Shown piece after piece: positions 41,574 to 52,938 of a stretch of 64,000 nt of DNA (the first letter of the stretch is position 1; every line of letters starts with the position of its first letter). Both the position numbers and the translations under genes were made by a program. The stretch lies in assembly GCA_000004985.1 (NCBI GenBank), contig GG738847.1, one strand, 5' to 3'. The notes beneath the pieces were generated by a model, which was not told the DNA's origin, made no database searches, and was given only the letters and a program-made list of their open reading frames with translations. This DNA comes from Naegleria gruberi. Lineage: Eukaryota.

Positions 41574-43098
41574 ATGTCGTTAAATAACGAAGTTTCGGAT
41601 CAAACACAAAATATTGTGAATACACTCGTGTTGGAGTATCTTCTCACGGTGGAGAATCAGGACGACCATAATGCACAATATCCTTCCCATCAGCACTTTA
41701 TAGAAAATATTCAGCAACATTATGATGATGGTCATATTCCGATTAGGGTGAGAATGTGTCTTCAACAATTTAAAAAAACCATGAAAGAAGTGGAGCAATC
41801 TAGGAATATTGATCCAGAAACATACAAGAGGAGAGTATTGAATAATATTGATGTAATCAGATCAATTTTATCGGAAGTACAAGAGGATGAATTTTCATCA
41901 ATATTTGTGGGAGCTTCCTTTGAAAAATCAGAATTTATTTATAAGATCACAAAGTGGGAAGATGATTTGAGAAAGAATATTGAAAATGGGGAAGATAGAG
42001 ATAAAGCAGCTGGTAAATTGTTAGATTATGTGAGAATATTGGCCAATTCATTGGTTGTTCCTCGAATTGTTTCCATTGTTTCAGATAGTTTAAATAATGA
42101 TATTCGTTCCATTGGAAGTTTCATGTCTGAGGCCATTAGTGAAATTCCTCAACAAGATGAGCCACCAACTCCTCCAAGAGAACAAGAAGAATTGAGACAA
42201 ACTCTCAATATTCTTACTCCCTTCTCAGAGGCAAAGAAACTCTCCTCACGTATTTCAGCAGTATCTAATGGATCATCAACTCCAGATATTCCACCTCCAG
42301 GACTCAACTCTACACAAACCATTATTTGTGATTCTGATGAAGAGAGTCAGCCATCTCAATTATTCTTGGAAAAACCAAACATTTTTAGATTAACAAACCC
42401 ATCCAAGAATGGACGTCATTCTGCCACAAGTTCTTCCAATGCTGCTGTTGTACCTTCTTTTACTGATTCTTCCACACACAGTAATAATGGTAGTATAACA
42501 CCAATAAGCGATGAAAATAATAACAATATATTCTCCGATGAAACTGTAATTGAGCAACAACCTCCTCCTCCAAAAAAGAAGAGAAAGATTGGAAATATTA
42601 AGCTTTCAAAGGGAGAACTTGTAGAAGCTGTCAAAAGTATAGCAAAGAAGGAAAAGAAAATTGGCATGTCATTCACATTCAAAACCAAGAAAGCATGGGA
42701 TTTTATTGAAAAGAGAGTTTATGGAGATGATGTTTCCATACTTGGTGATTCAATGCTAGAGGAAGATACCAGAGAACCAGCATTTTCTCCTGAAAGATGG
42801 AAGAGAAGAGTAAGTTATTGTAAATTGATATTTTTGAAATATTCAACATATATATTGACATATTTAAACAAATTAAAAGGATGGAAAAGCTGCCAGATAT
42901 TGGACCAAAGATGAATTAAAAGCTCTATGGGAAGGATTCCAAAATTATGGAAACGATTTTGAAGCAATTTATTACACTTATAAGGATCGATTCCACATGA
43001 CTAGACATCCAGGTTCTCTCGGCAAGAAATTCAATCGAACATTGAAACCTTTAATTGTTGATGATGAAATAGATTTTGATCAAATACCTGATGAGTGA
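41574..43098 (+). CDS. LisH-motif plus C-terminal SANT/Myb-like domain nuclear protein. Two exons: 41574..42819, 42880..43098, about 487 aa.
   Basis: An N-terminal LisH-like motif reads TQNIVNTLVLEYLLTV. The middle is S/T/P-rich with a KKKRK NLS. Exon 2 encodes DGKAARYWTKDELKALWEGFQNYGNDFEAIYYTYKDRFHMTRHPGSLGKKF, a SANT-like motif (W..E...L.....YG..F..I). The 60-nt intron has a GTAAGT donor and AAAAG acceptor, in phase 0. Confidence 0.5.
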
Positions 43099-43694
43099 GT
43101 GCTCTCACTTAATTGACTCAATTATAAGAATATCTATGCTTTCTGATTCCAATTGTTGTGCTGTAACAGATTTATTACTAGTACCATAAGAATCGAATAG
43201 ATCTAATTATTTGTTTAATAATCAATGTTGAGAAAGAATAAGAGAATTGTTGAAGGGACCACAGAGAAAAAGTCTTGAAACCCGCTTTTGCTCACCTTCC
43301 TCATTGTAAAGTAGGAACGTTTTTTCACCGCCAAACCTTTCGTCTTGCCTTTTCGAATAAACTGTACACACAACTCTACAGAAAAAAAATATCAAACCAC
43401 CAACCTCCTTTTTACTGTCAAACGTCATCACAACAACTACAGCTTCATCTACAGTCGCGTTACACAATTAGTATGTAAAATTTCTATTTAATATTAAACA
43501 AAAATCATTAATCCACTTTCGAATAATTATTTCTTTCATCATCCGAACAAAATGTCCATCACCAACGACTATGATTAATCAATATATCAAATTCATGTCT
43601 TCCTTCTTCCTCTCTATGGACAACAAACCACAACAACACTAACAACATCATTCACCATCATCAATCCGAAACTAGACTAAATTCCTTTGACAAT

Positions 43695-46600
43695 ATGCTA
43701 CCAACAGCAGCTGCTTCCCACAATAACTCTGGTGCAAGCAATAACTCCTCCTCCAACAACAATAATAACACAAATGGTTCCAATAGTCCCATGATTTCAT
43801 CATCATTACCCGTTCGTCACGTCCACAATGGTTTACCAGCTCGACATTTGACTATGGGTACTGGTGCTACTACTACTAACACTTCCACCACAACCAACAA
43901 CAACACCACCACAAGTAGTGCTACTGGTAGTGGTGGTAGTGGCAGCAGTGTCATTGGTGGTGGTAGTGGTAGTGGAACAATGAATCAATCCACAACAGCT
44001 GTTCCTCAATATCAACAATATTTCACAATGTTACAATCGATGGCTTCAAATTCTTCATCTTCTGCTGGACTTCCCAATTTACCATCTACAAGTTCAATAA
44101 TGGCCATGCATGGAATTCCATCCTCGAATAGTTCAATCATGAGAAAAACTTCATTTTCTGCAATTTTGGCTGGAAATGCTCCTAAAAGTGTGAATTTACA
44201 AACCTTGTCAAGTCAAATTGCAACTCCTCAATCAACAATTCAACCAAAGAAACATAATTCACCTCCTTCTTCGACTTCTACTGCCAATAATAATCAAATG
44301 TCACCTGCTTTGGGTGTCATTTCAACACAAAGTGCACAAAATAGTTCAGAATTAGTTGCTTCTGGAACTGTTCCTTCAAATTTATTGGAATCCGCATTGA
44401 ATAATGTTTCTAATAATGGTAGTGTTGGAATGGTTGGAATGGATCACCAAGATGTTTCAAATGGTTCAAATGGTGGAGTTTCCAATGCACTGAAACAAAT
44501 ACCAGAGAATATGAGACCTGTACCAGTTAGTAATTTAGAAAGTCAACAGGCCTCTCCTGCAGTTTCCACTCCAAAACCAAGAAAACCAAGAAAGAAGAAG
44601 GGAGAAGAAACTCCCTCCTCACTCAGCACTACACCAAATAGCAGCAGTGGAACAACTGATAGTACTACTGTCTCCTCTCCACAGACTGCCGATGAAGACA
44701 GTTCCCTTACACCCAACACTGAGAAATTATCCAAAGGAAGAAGCAAAACCTGCAAACGATGGACAGAAGAACAGAACAGACTCCTCAAGGAAGCAGTCAT
44801 TAAATATGGACCTAGAAATTGGAAAAAGATTGCTGGTGAAATTTGTGGAGGAATTTTCACAGCAGATCAATGTAACCAGCATTGGCATCGTGTTCTACAT
44901 GTAAGTTTTTTCTAAAAAGAAAGTTTTCAAATTTAATCTAATCATACATTGTAAACAACTTCATATAATTTACTTGTAATTTAATGCAATTTAAAACAGC
45001 CACGTATTATTAAGGGTGAATGGACTCCAGAAGAAGACAATCTCCTAATTGAAAAAGTTGAGGAATTTGGTGAATCAAGTTGGACCAAAGTTGCTGAATT
45101 TCTCGCTGGTAGAACCGATATTCAATGTAGACATCGTTACTTTCAAAAGAAGAAGGAGAATGATACTGGTAGAAGAAAGAGTGTTACTTCCATTTCCTCA
45201 CCATTCATGGGAGGATCTACAAGTTCACCAAGTTTGGGACAAAGCTCAGTTGCCTACGATCTCTCTCCAATGCTTGGCTCCTCTGTAGGTAACACTGCTG
45301 AATCTACTCAGGCCATTCTCAATAATGCACTCATGAGTGGTGTCAATTTCCCATCTCCATCGTTGGGTATTTCTCCAAGTTCAATCTTGACTGGTGGTTC
45401 AACAAATACCTCAAATTTTGTACATCAACATCGTGTAGTTCCTCCACTCTTTTCTGCTCCATCCACTGTTCCACTCCAGGAGAGATTGAAAGGAGATTCA
45501 GTTGTGTTGGGCTCATCGAGCACTCCAACAATGAGTTCATCTAGCTCACCATTCCTCTCATCAAATTTGAATGAAATTCCACCCTTCCCTGAGAGTAAAA
45601 AGAAGCAGAATCAATACTTTTATGTTGAAAAGAATGGATTGGACGAGAGTGATTTCACACCCCCATTAGCTACCAGTTCAACATCTCCAGTGTTGGCCAG
45701 TTCTGTAACCATAGATTCTACTCCATCGATGGACAAGAAGGAACATGTCAAATCAAGTTCCACCTCTAATATTAACGAAAATTTATTGTTGTGTGATGAA
45801 GAAGATTTGTCAACTCCAAATATTGAAAAGGATTTGGATTCAATTAAGAAGAAGACAACAACAGCAAGCAATACTCCACTCATGAAGAGTTCATCATCAA
45901 ATATGATGATTACCGATGATGATGACGACATGGATGAAGATGAAGAAGAAGCTCAATTGACCATTGATGAAATGGACACAGATAAGGCCAGTATTCCACA
46001 ATCCAAGCCATTATCACTACCTTCTCACCACCACGCCCAACACTCTGCTTCAACAAGTACTCCTGATGTAATGAAGAAGGAAATTCCAGAATCTCCACAG
46101 CTAATGAACTCTCCAGCCATTGTCGGCGCCTCTCCATCTGTAGCCAATGAAAAACCAAAGAAACGTTCCAGTGCATTGAATAGAATGAGAGCGAATATCA
46201 ATGTTTGGGTACCATTCAGTGAGAGTGAGGAAATTGTTTTGAGAAGAGAAATTTCCAAACAATTGAACCAACATTCAGGTTCTTCCTCCTCTGCTTCTTC
46301 AGCTAATACTCCAGTTTTGACAAGTGGCAATATACTTTCTACTGTTGATCCAAATGCTCCAAAACCAATTCAAGTCATTTCCTTCTCGAACCATAATGAG
46401 GATTTCTTAGATCGAATTGATTTTGTAACTATTCTAAGGGAGAATACTTCATCTTTCCATCCATTGAGAACTCCAGTTTCACTTAAAGTTCACTCTCAAG
46501 CTTTGAGACAAGAATTGGGAGATTCAGTTTTAATTGACGAAAATTTCAAAGGAGAAACACCTCGTTCACTCTATGAAAAGAGTAATTCGCATTCGTGGCT

Positions 46601-46949
46601 TGCATCCAGTAAGAATGCAAGAACTAGCAACAGTGGAACAAATGCAAGTGGAAGCACAAATGAAACAAAGCCAAGAAGAAGAAAGAATCATATTGATGCT
46701 AGTGGAGATAATCTTACAGGTAGCTCAGCATCATCTGGAAAACCACCAGTTCCTGGAAGAAAGAGAAAGCAAAATGTTCCAATTTCAAATTCACCTGCAA
46801 TGGCCATGCAAGCAAATAACAATGGTGCTGACTCATCTTCTGTTTTGGAACCTTCTCAGAAAAAGACTAAAGTTGACGAACCTCCACAAGCTGCCAATTC
46901 GACATTCCTTGTTTTATTACTGGGTAAAGGGAGGACCAAAAGAAACTAG
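43695..46949 (+). CDS. R2R3-type MYB transcription factor with long low-complexity flanks. Two exons: 43695..44900, 45000..46949, about 1051 aa. An extra 3' exon is possible (see findings).
   Basis: Myb repeat 1 (KRWTEEQNRLLKEAVIKYGPRNWKKIAGEICGGIFTADQCNQHWHRVLH) ends exon 1. Myb repeat 2 (PRIIKGEWTPEEDNLLIEKVEEFGESSWTKVAEFLAGRTDIQCRHRYFQKK) begins exon 2. The 99-nt intron has a GTAAGT donor and AAAACAG acceptor. The HRVLH|PRIIKG junction reproduces the canonical R2/R3 linker. Flanks are N/S/T/Q-rich. Confidence 0.7.
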
Positions 46950-47159
46950 ACAAATTCAACCATCCAAGATGTGTCTTCCTTTGGACACAACCTTATTTGG
47001 ATTAGTTGCAAAAATCAGAGAGGAATTATCACTCGATTATGATCCTCAATTGATTTGTGATTTTATGCCAGTGAGGAATTATGGTCAAACTTTACAGGAA
47101 TTAATGGAAGAGAATGAAATTAAGATTAATGAATTGTTGATTCAATATAAATAAATTGA

Positions 47160-50100
47160 TAAGTTAATTCTACCATTCAAATTAAGAAGAGAAATTGTAT
47201 TATTGCAAAGAAGTGTTCATAGTACTGGTGTTCAAGCCAGTCATTACTAGAGCAACGACCATCAAATCCTAAGGATTCTGAGATATTACATTTGTCACAA
47301 ATACTGTCATTACCTAGTAAAATTGAGTTGTGGAGATTAAAATAGAGGAGTCTTTTCTGATAATAATACAAGAGTTTCTCCAAGTGCCATTATCTAATTG
47401 GCCCAACTCAGTATGTAGTTTTTCTGGATCGCTGAGTTTCAATGATAGCCTTTCTAAGGTTGGAGACAGGTTTGTGATACACAAGAAGACCCATTCATTA
47501 TCTGTGGATTGAAGTAATATTTCAGATCTTTCATTGTAGTGGCAGCATTTTTCATCAGTTAATATGTAGTTTCACCCTTTTGAGCAAGTCGATGCGACTT
47601 TTTGGGTAATAGGAGAGGTAGAATTGACAAACCTACAGACACGTGGAAAGGATGAAAGCCAAGACACCTTGAGATTTATCACACTTAGATAACGGCTTTA
47701 GAGAGCCTGTTGTCACATCCAATTCTTTTCTTATTACTAAATAATGAATTTCCACAAAAACTATTATGAAAAGAAAACAATATTGATGATGGTTCAATAA
47801 TCGGATGATGATTTGTATTTTCCAACCTTCCATAGTAGTAAATTACTATTATTACTATCCATATTCACAACATGTTGAGGTTTGAAATTCTTGAAGTCTC
47901 TCTTTTCCTGTGTGGATTTGCAATTCTCCAAATACTAATTTCAAAAGCACCGAAAAGTTTTGAAACTTTCTAGGATGATACAATCATGATTTAAAACATG
48001 ATGTTGCCAATGATGTTCTTGTTGAATGTTATCCTTCATGATGAAAATATCTATTTAATAAATTGATGATGAAATTATTCATGGATGTAAAACATTTAAT
48101 CATTAATCAAAATATAATGTAATAATATATGGTGTGTTCATGATAATGATGGAGTTTTCTCCCAATTATAAACTGATGGTCATTCCGTATTGGTGCATTT
48201 TCCGATCATTTTTTTCTATTAAACTTTATTGTTAATTTATATTTTAATAATAATAATAATAATAGTAAACAAATGCTACATTCATATGAAGAGGCAAGTT
48301 ATAACCCAATCACATATAACAAACTTTCATTCAATTGAATAATGTTTTTTTAAAATGAAATTGCAACTATTTTGCATTTTCAAGATTGTTAATAACTTTC
48401 ATTAACTTTCGAATATATTGAATTAAGGTTGAATTAAAAGAGAATTATGATGAATTTAAATTTTATACAATGATCATATTGATTGTTGACTTTTGGTGCA
48501 GCATAACGAATTTGGAAAGAAATAGTTGCAGTATCGTGTCCTTTTTGAATGCATTTTTACCTTCCTCATTCTGCTTGTTGAATTCTGGATTAGTCTGATA
48601 TCGTCCATTTAATTAGAAAGGAAGGTGAAACTCTTAGCAAGCCCAAATATAAGTCATTCACTTATATCATTGATTGTACTTTGAAGTAGCAATAGATTTT
48701 ATACAATGATTCGAAAACGTTAAGAGTTTCAATTCGAATATTGTAAAAGTTGAAGCACTAATTATCAACATTCATGGTATGGTTCAATTATAGTTATTCC
48801 TCCTGAGATTCAAAAAAGTTTATCAATTCAATGATTGTAAACAAGCATTACTGCGAATTATTAGAAACATTTCTAATAATTTTCACGTTGTAAACTTGTG
48901 TGTTGACCATTTCACTCTTGAATATTACAAAACAGTCTAGCTGACCGGTAGGGAGGTTTAAATTCAAAAATGGTCGGTTTCCTCACATGGGAAGTGAAAT
49001 CTTTTGAATTCGAATGTCACCTCTGAATGCTAAACATTTTATACAATCAAATAATACTGTAAATTGTTTACAAAATATTGAATGATGGACAGTTGATATT
49101 ATTGTTGTGTTGATGGATCGAATATTGTGTTAGATTACGGTATGGCTAATGACCATTTCTTCTTGAAAAATATTCGAATCTCTCAAACATGTCCACTTTC
49201 AAATAGCCGTTCAATATTAAATATTCAATTATAATAATATTCAATTGTGCATGAACAGTATTGCCACTTCATTATGCTGTAGAATACACTTCATTAACAT
49301 TTTAATATTTCTTTCTTCCAAATGCAATGTATAGTATTTAACCGAAATAGCTCGCTCTCTATCCAACACAATCCAAGAAACAATGATGTTGGAACTGAAG
49401 GAGCACTTCTATCACTGACTCAACTCAATGAACTGTTCATTGCCAACCATACAAAGCATTCAGTGAAAAACAGTTCAAAAGAGAAAACGTGTTGATCTAA
49501 GATTAGATATCAAGTTTGAAAGTTTATAACACGTTTTTCACGTGTTTTTCATTGTTGGTGAGTGGTATGATATTTGATATTTGATTTTGAAATGAACTTG
49601 TTTTAATCACATCCACAGGGGATATTTAAAATGGATCTTTGTATGGAGGTAGAAGCGCTAAGAAGGGGTGATAAAATACCGTTTTGCAACATCCAATAAT
49701 TGTTATTTTGTAAAATGTCAAGTCAACTGGCAAAACACCTTTTCGGGTAGTGGTTAACAATTTGGATGATTTAATCACATTGTAATAACGTGCATAAAGA
49801 TCTCCTCCTTTACATGGCCAATTCAGAAATACCTCACCATTTCATTGATTAGAATAACCAACTCTTATTGAGATAAGAGCACATTCAACAATTGGACTAA
49901 TCTCTCTTACTCCTACTACCATCTCGATTAGTTGTTTTTGAATATTAATATCCAATATCCATAAGTTATAAATTTAACAATTGATTTCCAATGTAATAAT
50001 ATTAAACATCTGACCAAGTATACAGCAAGAGAATCACCCATCTCTCTTGATGTTACCATTTAACAATTTGATGTGATGATACCAAATTAATAATATTTAC

Positions 50101-51300
50101 AATTGTAATACTTGTTGTATTGAAACGAGCACATTATTTACGATACCGATCCAACCATTGATGTTAGAGTTGAATAAGGTCTTTGAACAAACACTTTTTG
50201 CTGTAATCAAACCCTTGGATCCAAATGGAAGAATGGAACAGTGGCAAAATAAGGAAGAGGGTCTCCTTAAACCTTTTCGCCGTTTTTTTTCGTGAATCTT
50301 TTTCGATCCCTTATTTGCGTGTTTTGTATGAAACTTACAGCCCCTTAATATCGAAGGTATTCATTCTCTCGAGTTGTATATCTCAAATATTTCCTCAAAA
50401 GAAACCGAGTGAGTGACAATATAGAGGTAAAATTGTTAAGTTCATTTCCAAAATATGTTATTCATGAAAACAATGAGAAATATTATTATTGAATAATCCA
50501 TTCAATAATATTTAATGTGAATATTGAGAAGTAATTTCCAACACGTTATTGTTGGAATAATCTATTCCTTAAAAAATTTGGAATATTGAGCAGGTGATGG
50601 CAAATGATCGCTTGCCTTTTATTCCAGATTCTTAACACATTTCCCTCATTGTGTTGTCATTCCCAGTAAGGGACTTTCTACTCTTTGGCATTGTATTGAC
50701 AAATTGACGTTTGGCCAATCGACAATCAAATACCAATATTCGCATTCGACACCTGCTTTGGTCAATTGATGGATGGCGGGAGAAGTCTATCACAAAATAT
50801 TTTGCTTTAAAGCAGCAATAGCAAGTCACATTATGGGATCAAAAAGACGCAACGTGAAGGTACTAAATTTTCTTGGTCGCACCGTATTGATCACACAATG
50901 ACGCACAAGCAAAAAACCATTATGAGAACGAGTTTAGCAAATGGAGGTTGTGCTGAAAAGTTTCGCGGGTCTTTACCACTGCCAATTTTCGACTTTAAAA
51001 AAACCACCAACACCAAACTCACTTCTCCATCCACCACATTTCTTTGTTGTGCACAACCGAATAATTATTGAGAGCTAACATCTACATTGATCATCATCTC
51101 TCTCTGTTCTAGTAGTACAATAAGAAAAATTTTGATTCTCTCCCTCAACAACTCTAGTCGACTCCACCTGATAGATTCAACAACGTGTATTGTCAAGTAC
51201 CCATCACGAAGTTTTTTCAATTCTATCAAACTAACACAACGGCCAACAACCATAGACGTCCATCATTGAGAGTTTTTATCAAACATCAATACCGATACTA
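47160..51300. other. ORF-poor intergenic interval of about 4.1 kb, the only long non-coding stretch in the window.
   Basis: No ORF of 60 aa or longer occurs in any frame between 47834 and 50224. The dispersed short repeat 'ttttatacaat(g/c)a' occurs at about 48461, 48696 and 49036. An inverted repeat aaaacgtgtt(49488)...aacacgtttt(49537) is followed by the CACGTG palindrome. A (TAA)n microsatellite lies at 48246..48262. Confidence 0.5.
48246..48262. repeat. (TAA)n microsatellite.
   Basis: The run taataataataataata lies in non-coding DNA. Confidence 0.6.
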
Positions 51301-51355
51301 GTATCTATTGAAAACGTACTATTCATTTTCCAATCATCTCTATAGAAAGAAAACA

Positions 51356-52774
51356 ATGACACACAATAATACTGTTGTACAATCAACAAGTACCACTACT
51401 ACTAATACTACTACTTCTAGTAATTCTAAACACTATGAAGGCGAATTAATTAATACAAGATCAAGAGCTTCTTCTAATGTAAGAAACTCTGAGCGATCAC
51501 GATCTGTTAGTAATGCAAGTGTGTCGAGCACTACAATTTCCTATCCAAATCAAACTAGTAATAATAATGAACACCAATACGAAGCTCCTGTATCATCATC
51601 AACCAATCTAACTCAACCTGAATCCCTCCACCACCACCAACAACAAACTGTATCACCACCATCTAGAGCATGCCAACCAACCCTTTCCAATACAACATCT
51701 TCTAACGTCCAACAACTTAATTTAATGCATCCTACTCCTCAACAACGATTGACGATAGAAAGACTCTTACAAATACCACCAGAATCAGTACAATCACGTA
51801 ATCCAAAACTCTATGATTTACTAGTACAATTAAGAAGACAATATATGTGGCAAGCTGTTACTACTCCAATAACAACAACAACAACAACAGCTGCTGTAGA
51901 CAAGTCATCCACTACTAATGCACATCCTTTAGAGAAGATGAAACAAGAAGATGCAATGGTCTTCTCTTCGCATATTGATGAAATTTGTGCTTGTGTCAAT
52001 CAGCTCTTAGAAGATTTAGATGTTGAGGAGTATGGTTTGGGACAAAACCTAGGCTATAAGGCTGTTTGGGTACAAGAAGAAGAATTAAAGGCAAAAGCTA
52101 AACGTGAAGTACTTGCAGTACCTGAAGATCAAATGCAAGACGAAGATTGCGAAGAAGAGTGCGAAGAGGAAGAATTTGAAGAAGAGGTTGAAGAATCTCT
52201 TGATCAAACTCCTCAACCTTCAGCATCCACTGCTCCAATTCTTTCCAACAATGATGATGGTTGTGATGAAGATGATTCTTGTCCATCATTGATGGAAGAT
52301 GAGGATGAAGAAGAAGAATCTTCTTGTGATGCTGAAGAAACAACACAAGCAACTGTCAATGCTCAATCACAAGATGGATCTAGTACCAAACTCCAAGAAT
52401 TCTTTAGACAGTTAGAAAATGTTGAACCAATTCCAAACGGTAAATTATCCTTTTTCCAAAACCACCATTTGGTAGTTGGAAAGTTTGACAAGAAGTTGCT
52501 CGTTGAGAACAATGTTCTGTCTTGTACTGTAATGAAGAAGAGTACCCTCAATGTTGTAGTTCATAGAAGATGTACTCGTCTGAAGAAGGACAATGACAGA
52601 TTCCCATTCGATGCAACTTCTGGAAACTATCATGACAGAAGAATACTCAAGAAACAATCTCTTGCAAAATCAGTTGTAAGATTTGCCAAAGTTAAGGTTG
52701 ATTTTGGACAGATTGTTGAAGAAGTTATTCGTAAATCAACCAGCCCTGTTTGTGACGAAAACGATAAAAAATAA
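51356..52774 (+). CDS. Hypothetical low-complexity protein, about 472 aa. It has T/S/N-rich tracts, an acidic D/E/C-rich block and a C-terminal globular region.
   Basis: The ORF spans 51308..52774. The first true ATG (MTHNNTVVQSTSTTTT...) is at 51356; the track start is a TTG. No recognised catalytic motif. Confidence 0.4.
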   Translation: MTHNNTVVQSTSTTTTNTTTSSNSKHYEGELINTRSRASSNVRNSERSRSVSNASVSSTTISYPNQTSNNNEHQYEAPVSSSTNLTQPESLHHHQQQTVSPPSRACQPTLSNTTSSNVQQLNLMHPTPQQRLTIERLLQIPPESVQSRNPKLYDLLVQLRRQYMWQAVTTPITTTTTTAAVDKSSTTNAHPLEKMKQEDAMVFSSHIDEICACVNQLLEDLDVEEYGLGQNLGYKAVWVQEEELKAKAKREVLAVPEDQMQDEDCEEECEEEEFEEEVEESLDQTPQPSASTAPILSNNDDGCDEDDSCPSLMEDEDEEEESSCDAEETTQATVNAQSQDGSSTKLQEFFRQLENVEPIPNGKLSFFQNHHLVVGKFDKKLLVENNVLSCTVMKKSTLNVVVHRRCTRLKKDNDRFPFDATSGNYHDRRILKKQSLAKSVVRFAKVKVDFGQIVEEVIRKSTSPVCDENDKK

Positions 52775-52938
52775 AAAAACCAAAAAAAATTAAATAATTA
52801 ATTGAATTTTTAGTTTTATTAAATTTGATAATACAAAAGTGGTTGATAATCTTTGCATTCTTTAATCGTTAATCAATTTAGATTGATTTGGCTTTCAATA
52901 TGTTTATTTCAAATAACATTTGAAGTTAATTAATGGAT

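Noticed and set aside
46534-47154. ORF 46534..47154 as an independent 206-aa gene overlapping the MYB CDS.
   Set aside because: Its first 140 codons are an alternate frame of MYB coding sequence. Only the last ~60 codons are non-overlapping, and these are better explained as a possible spliced terminal exon (see findings).
47160-51300. tRNA, snRNA or Dictyostelium Class-I RNA genes in the long spacer.
   Set aside because: By eye I found no cloverleaf-compatible T-loop (GTTCGAATC-like) with a matching acceptor stem. I found no U6 (CTTCGGCAGCACA), U2 (GGCTAAGATCAAGT) or Class-I 11-mer (CCTTACAGCAA) matches. This cannot be excluded without a covariance search.
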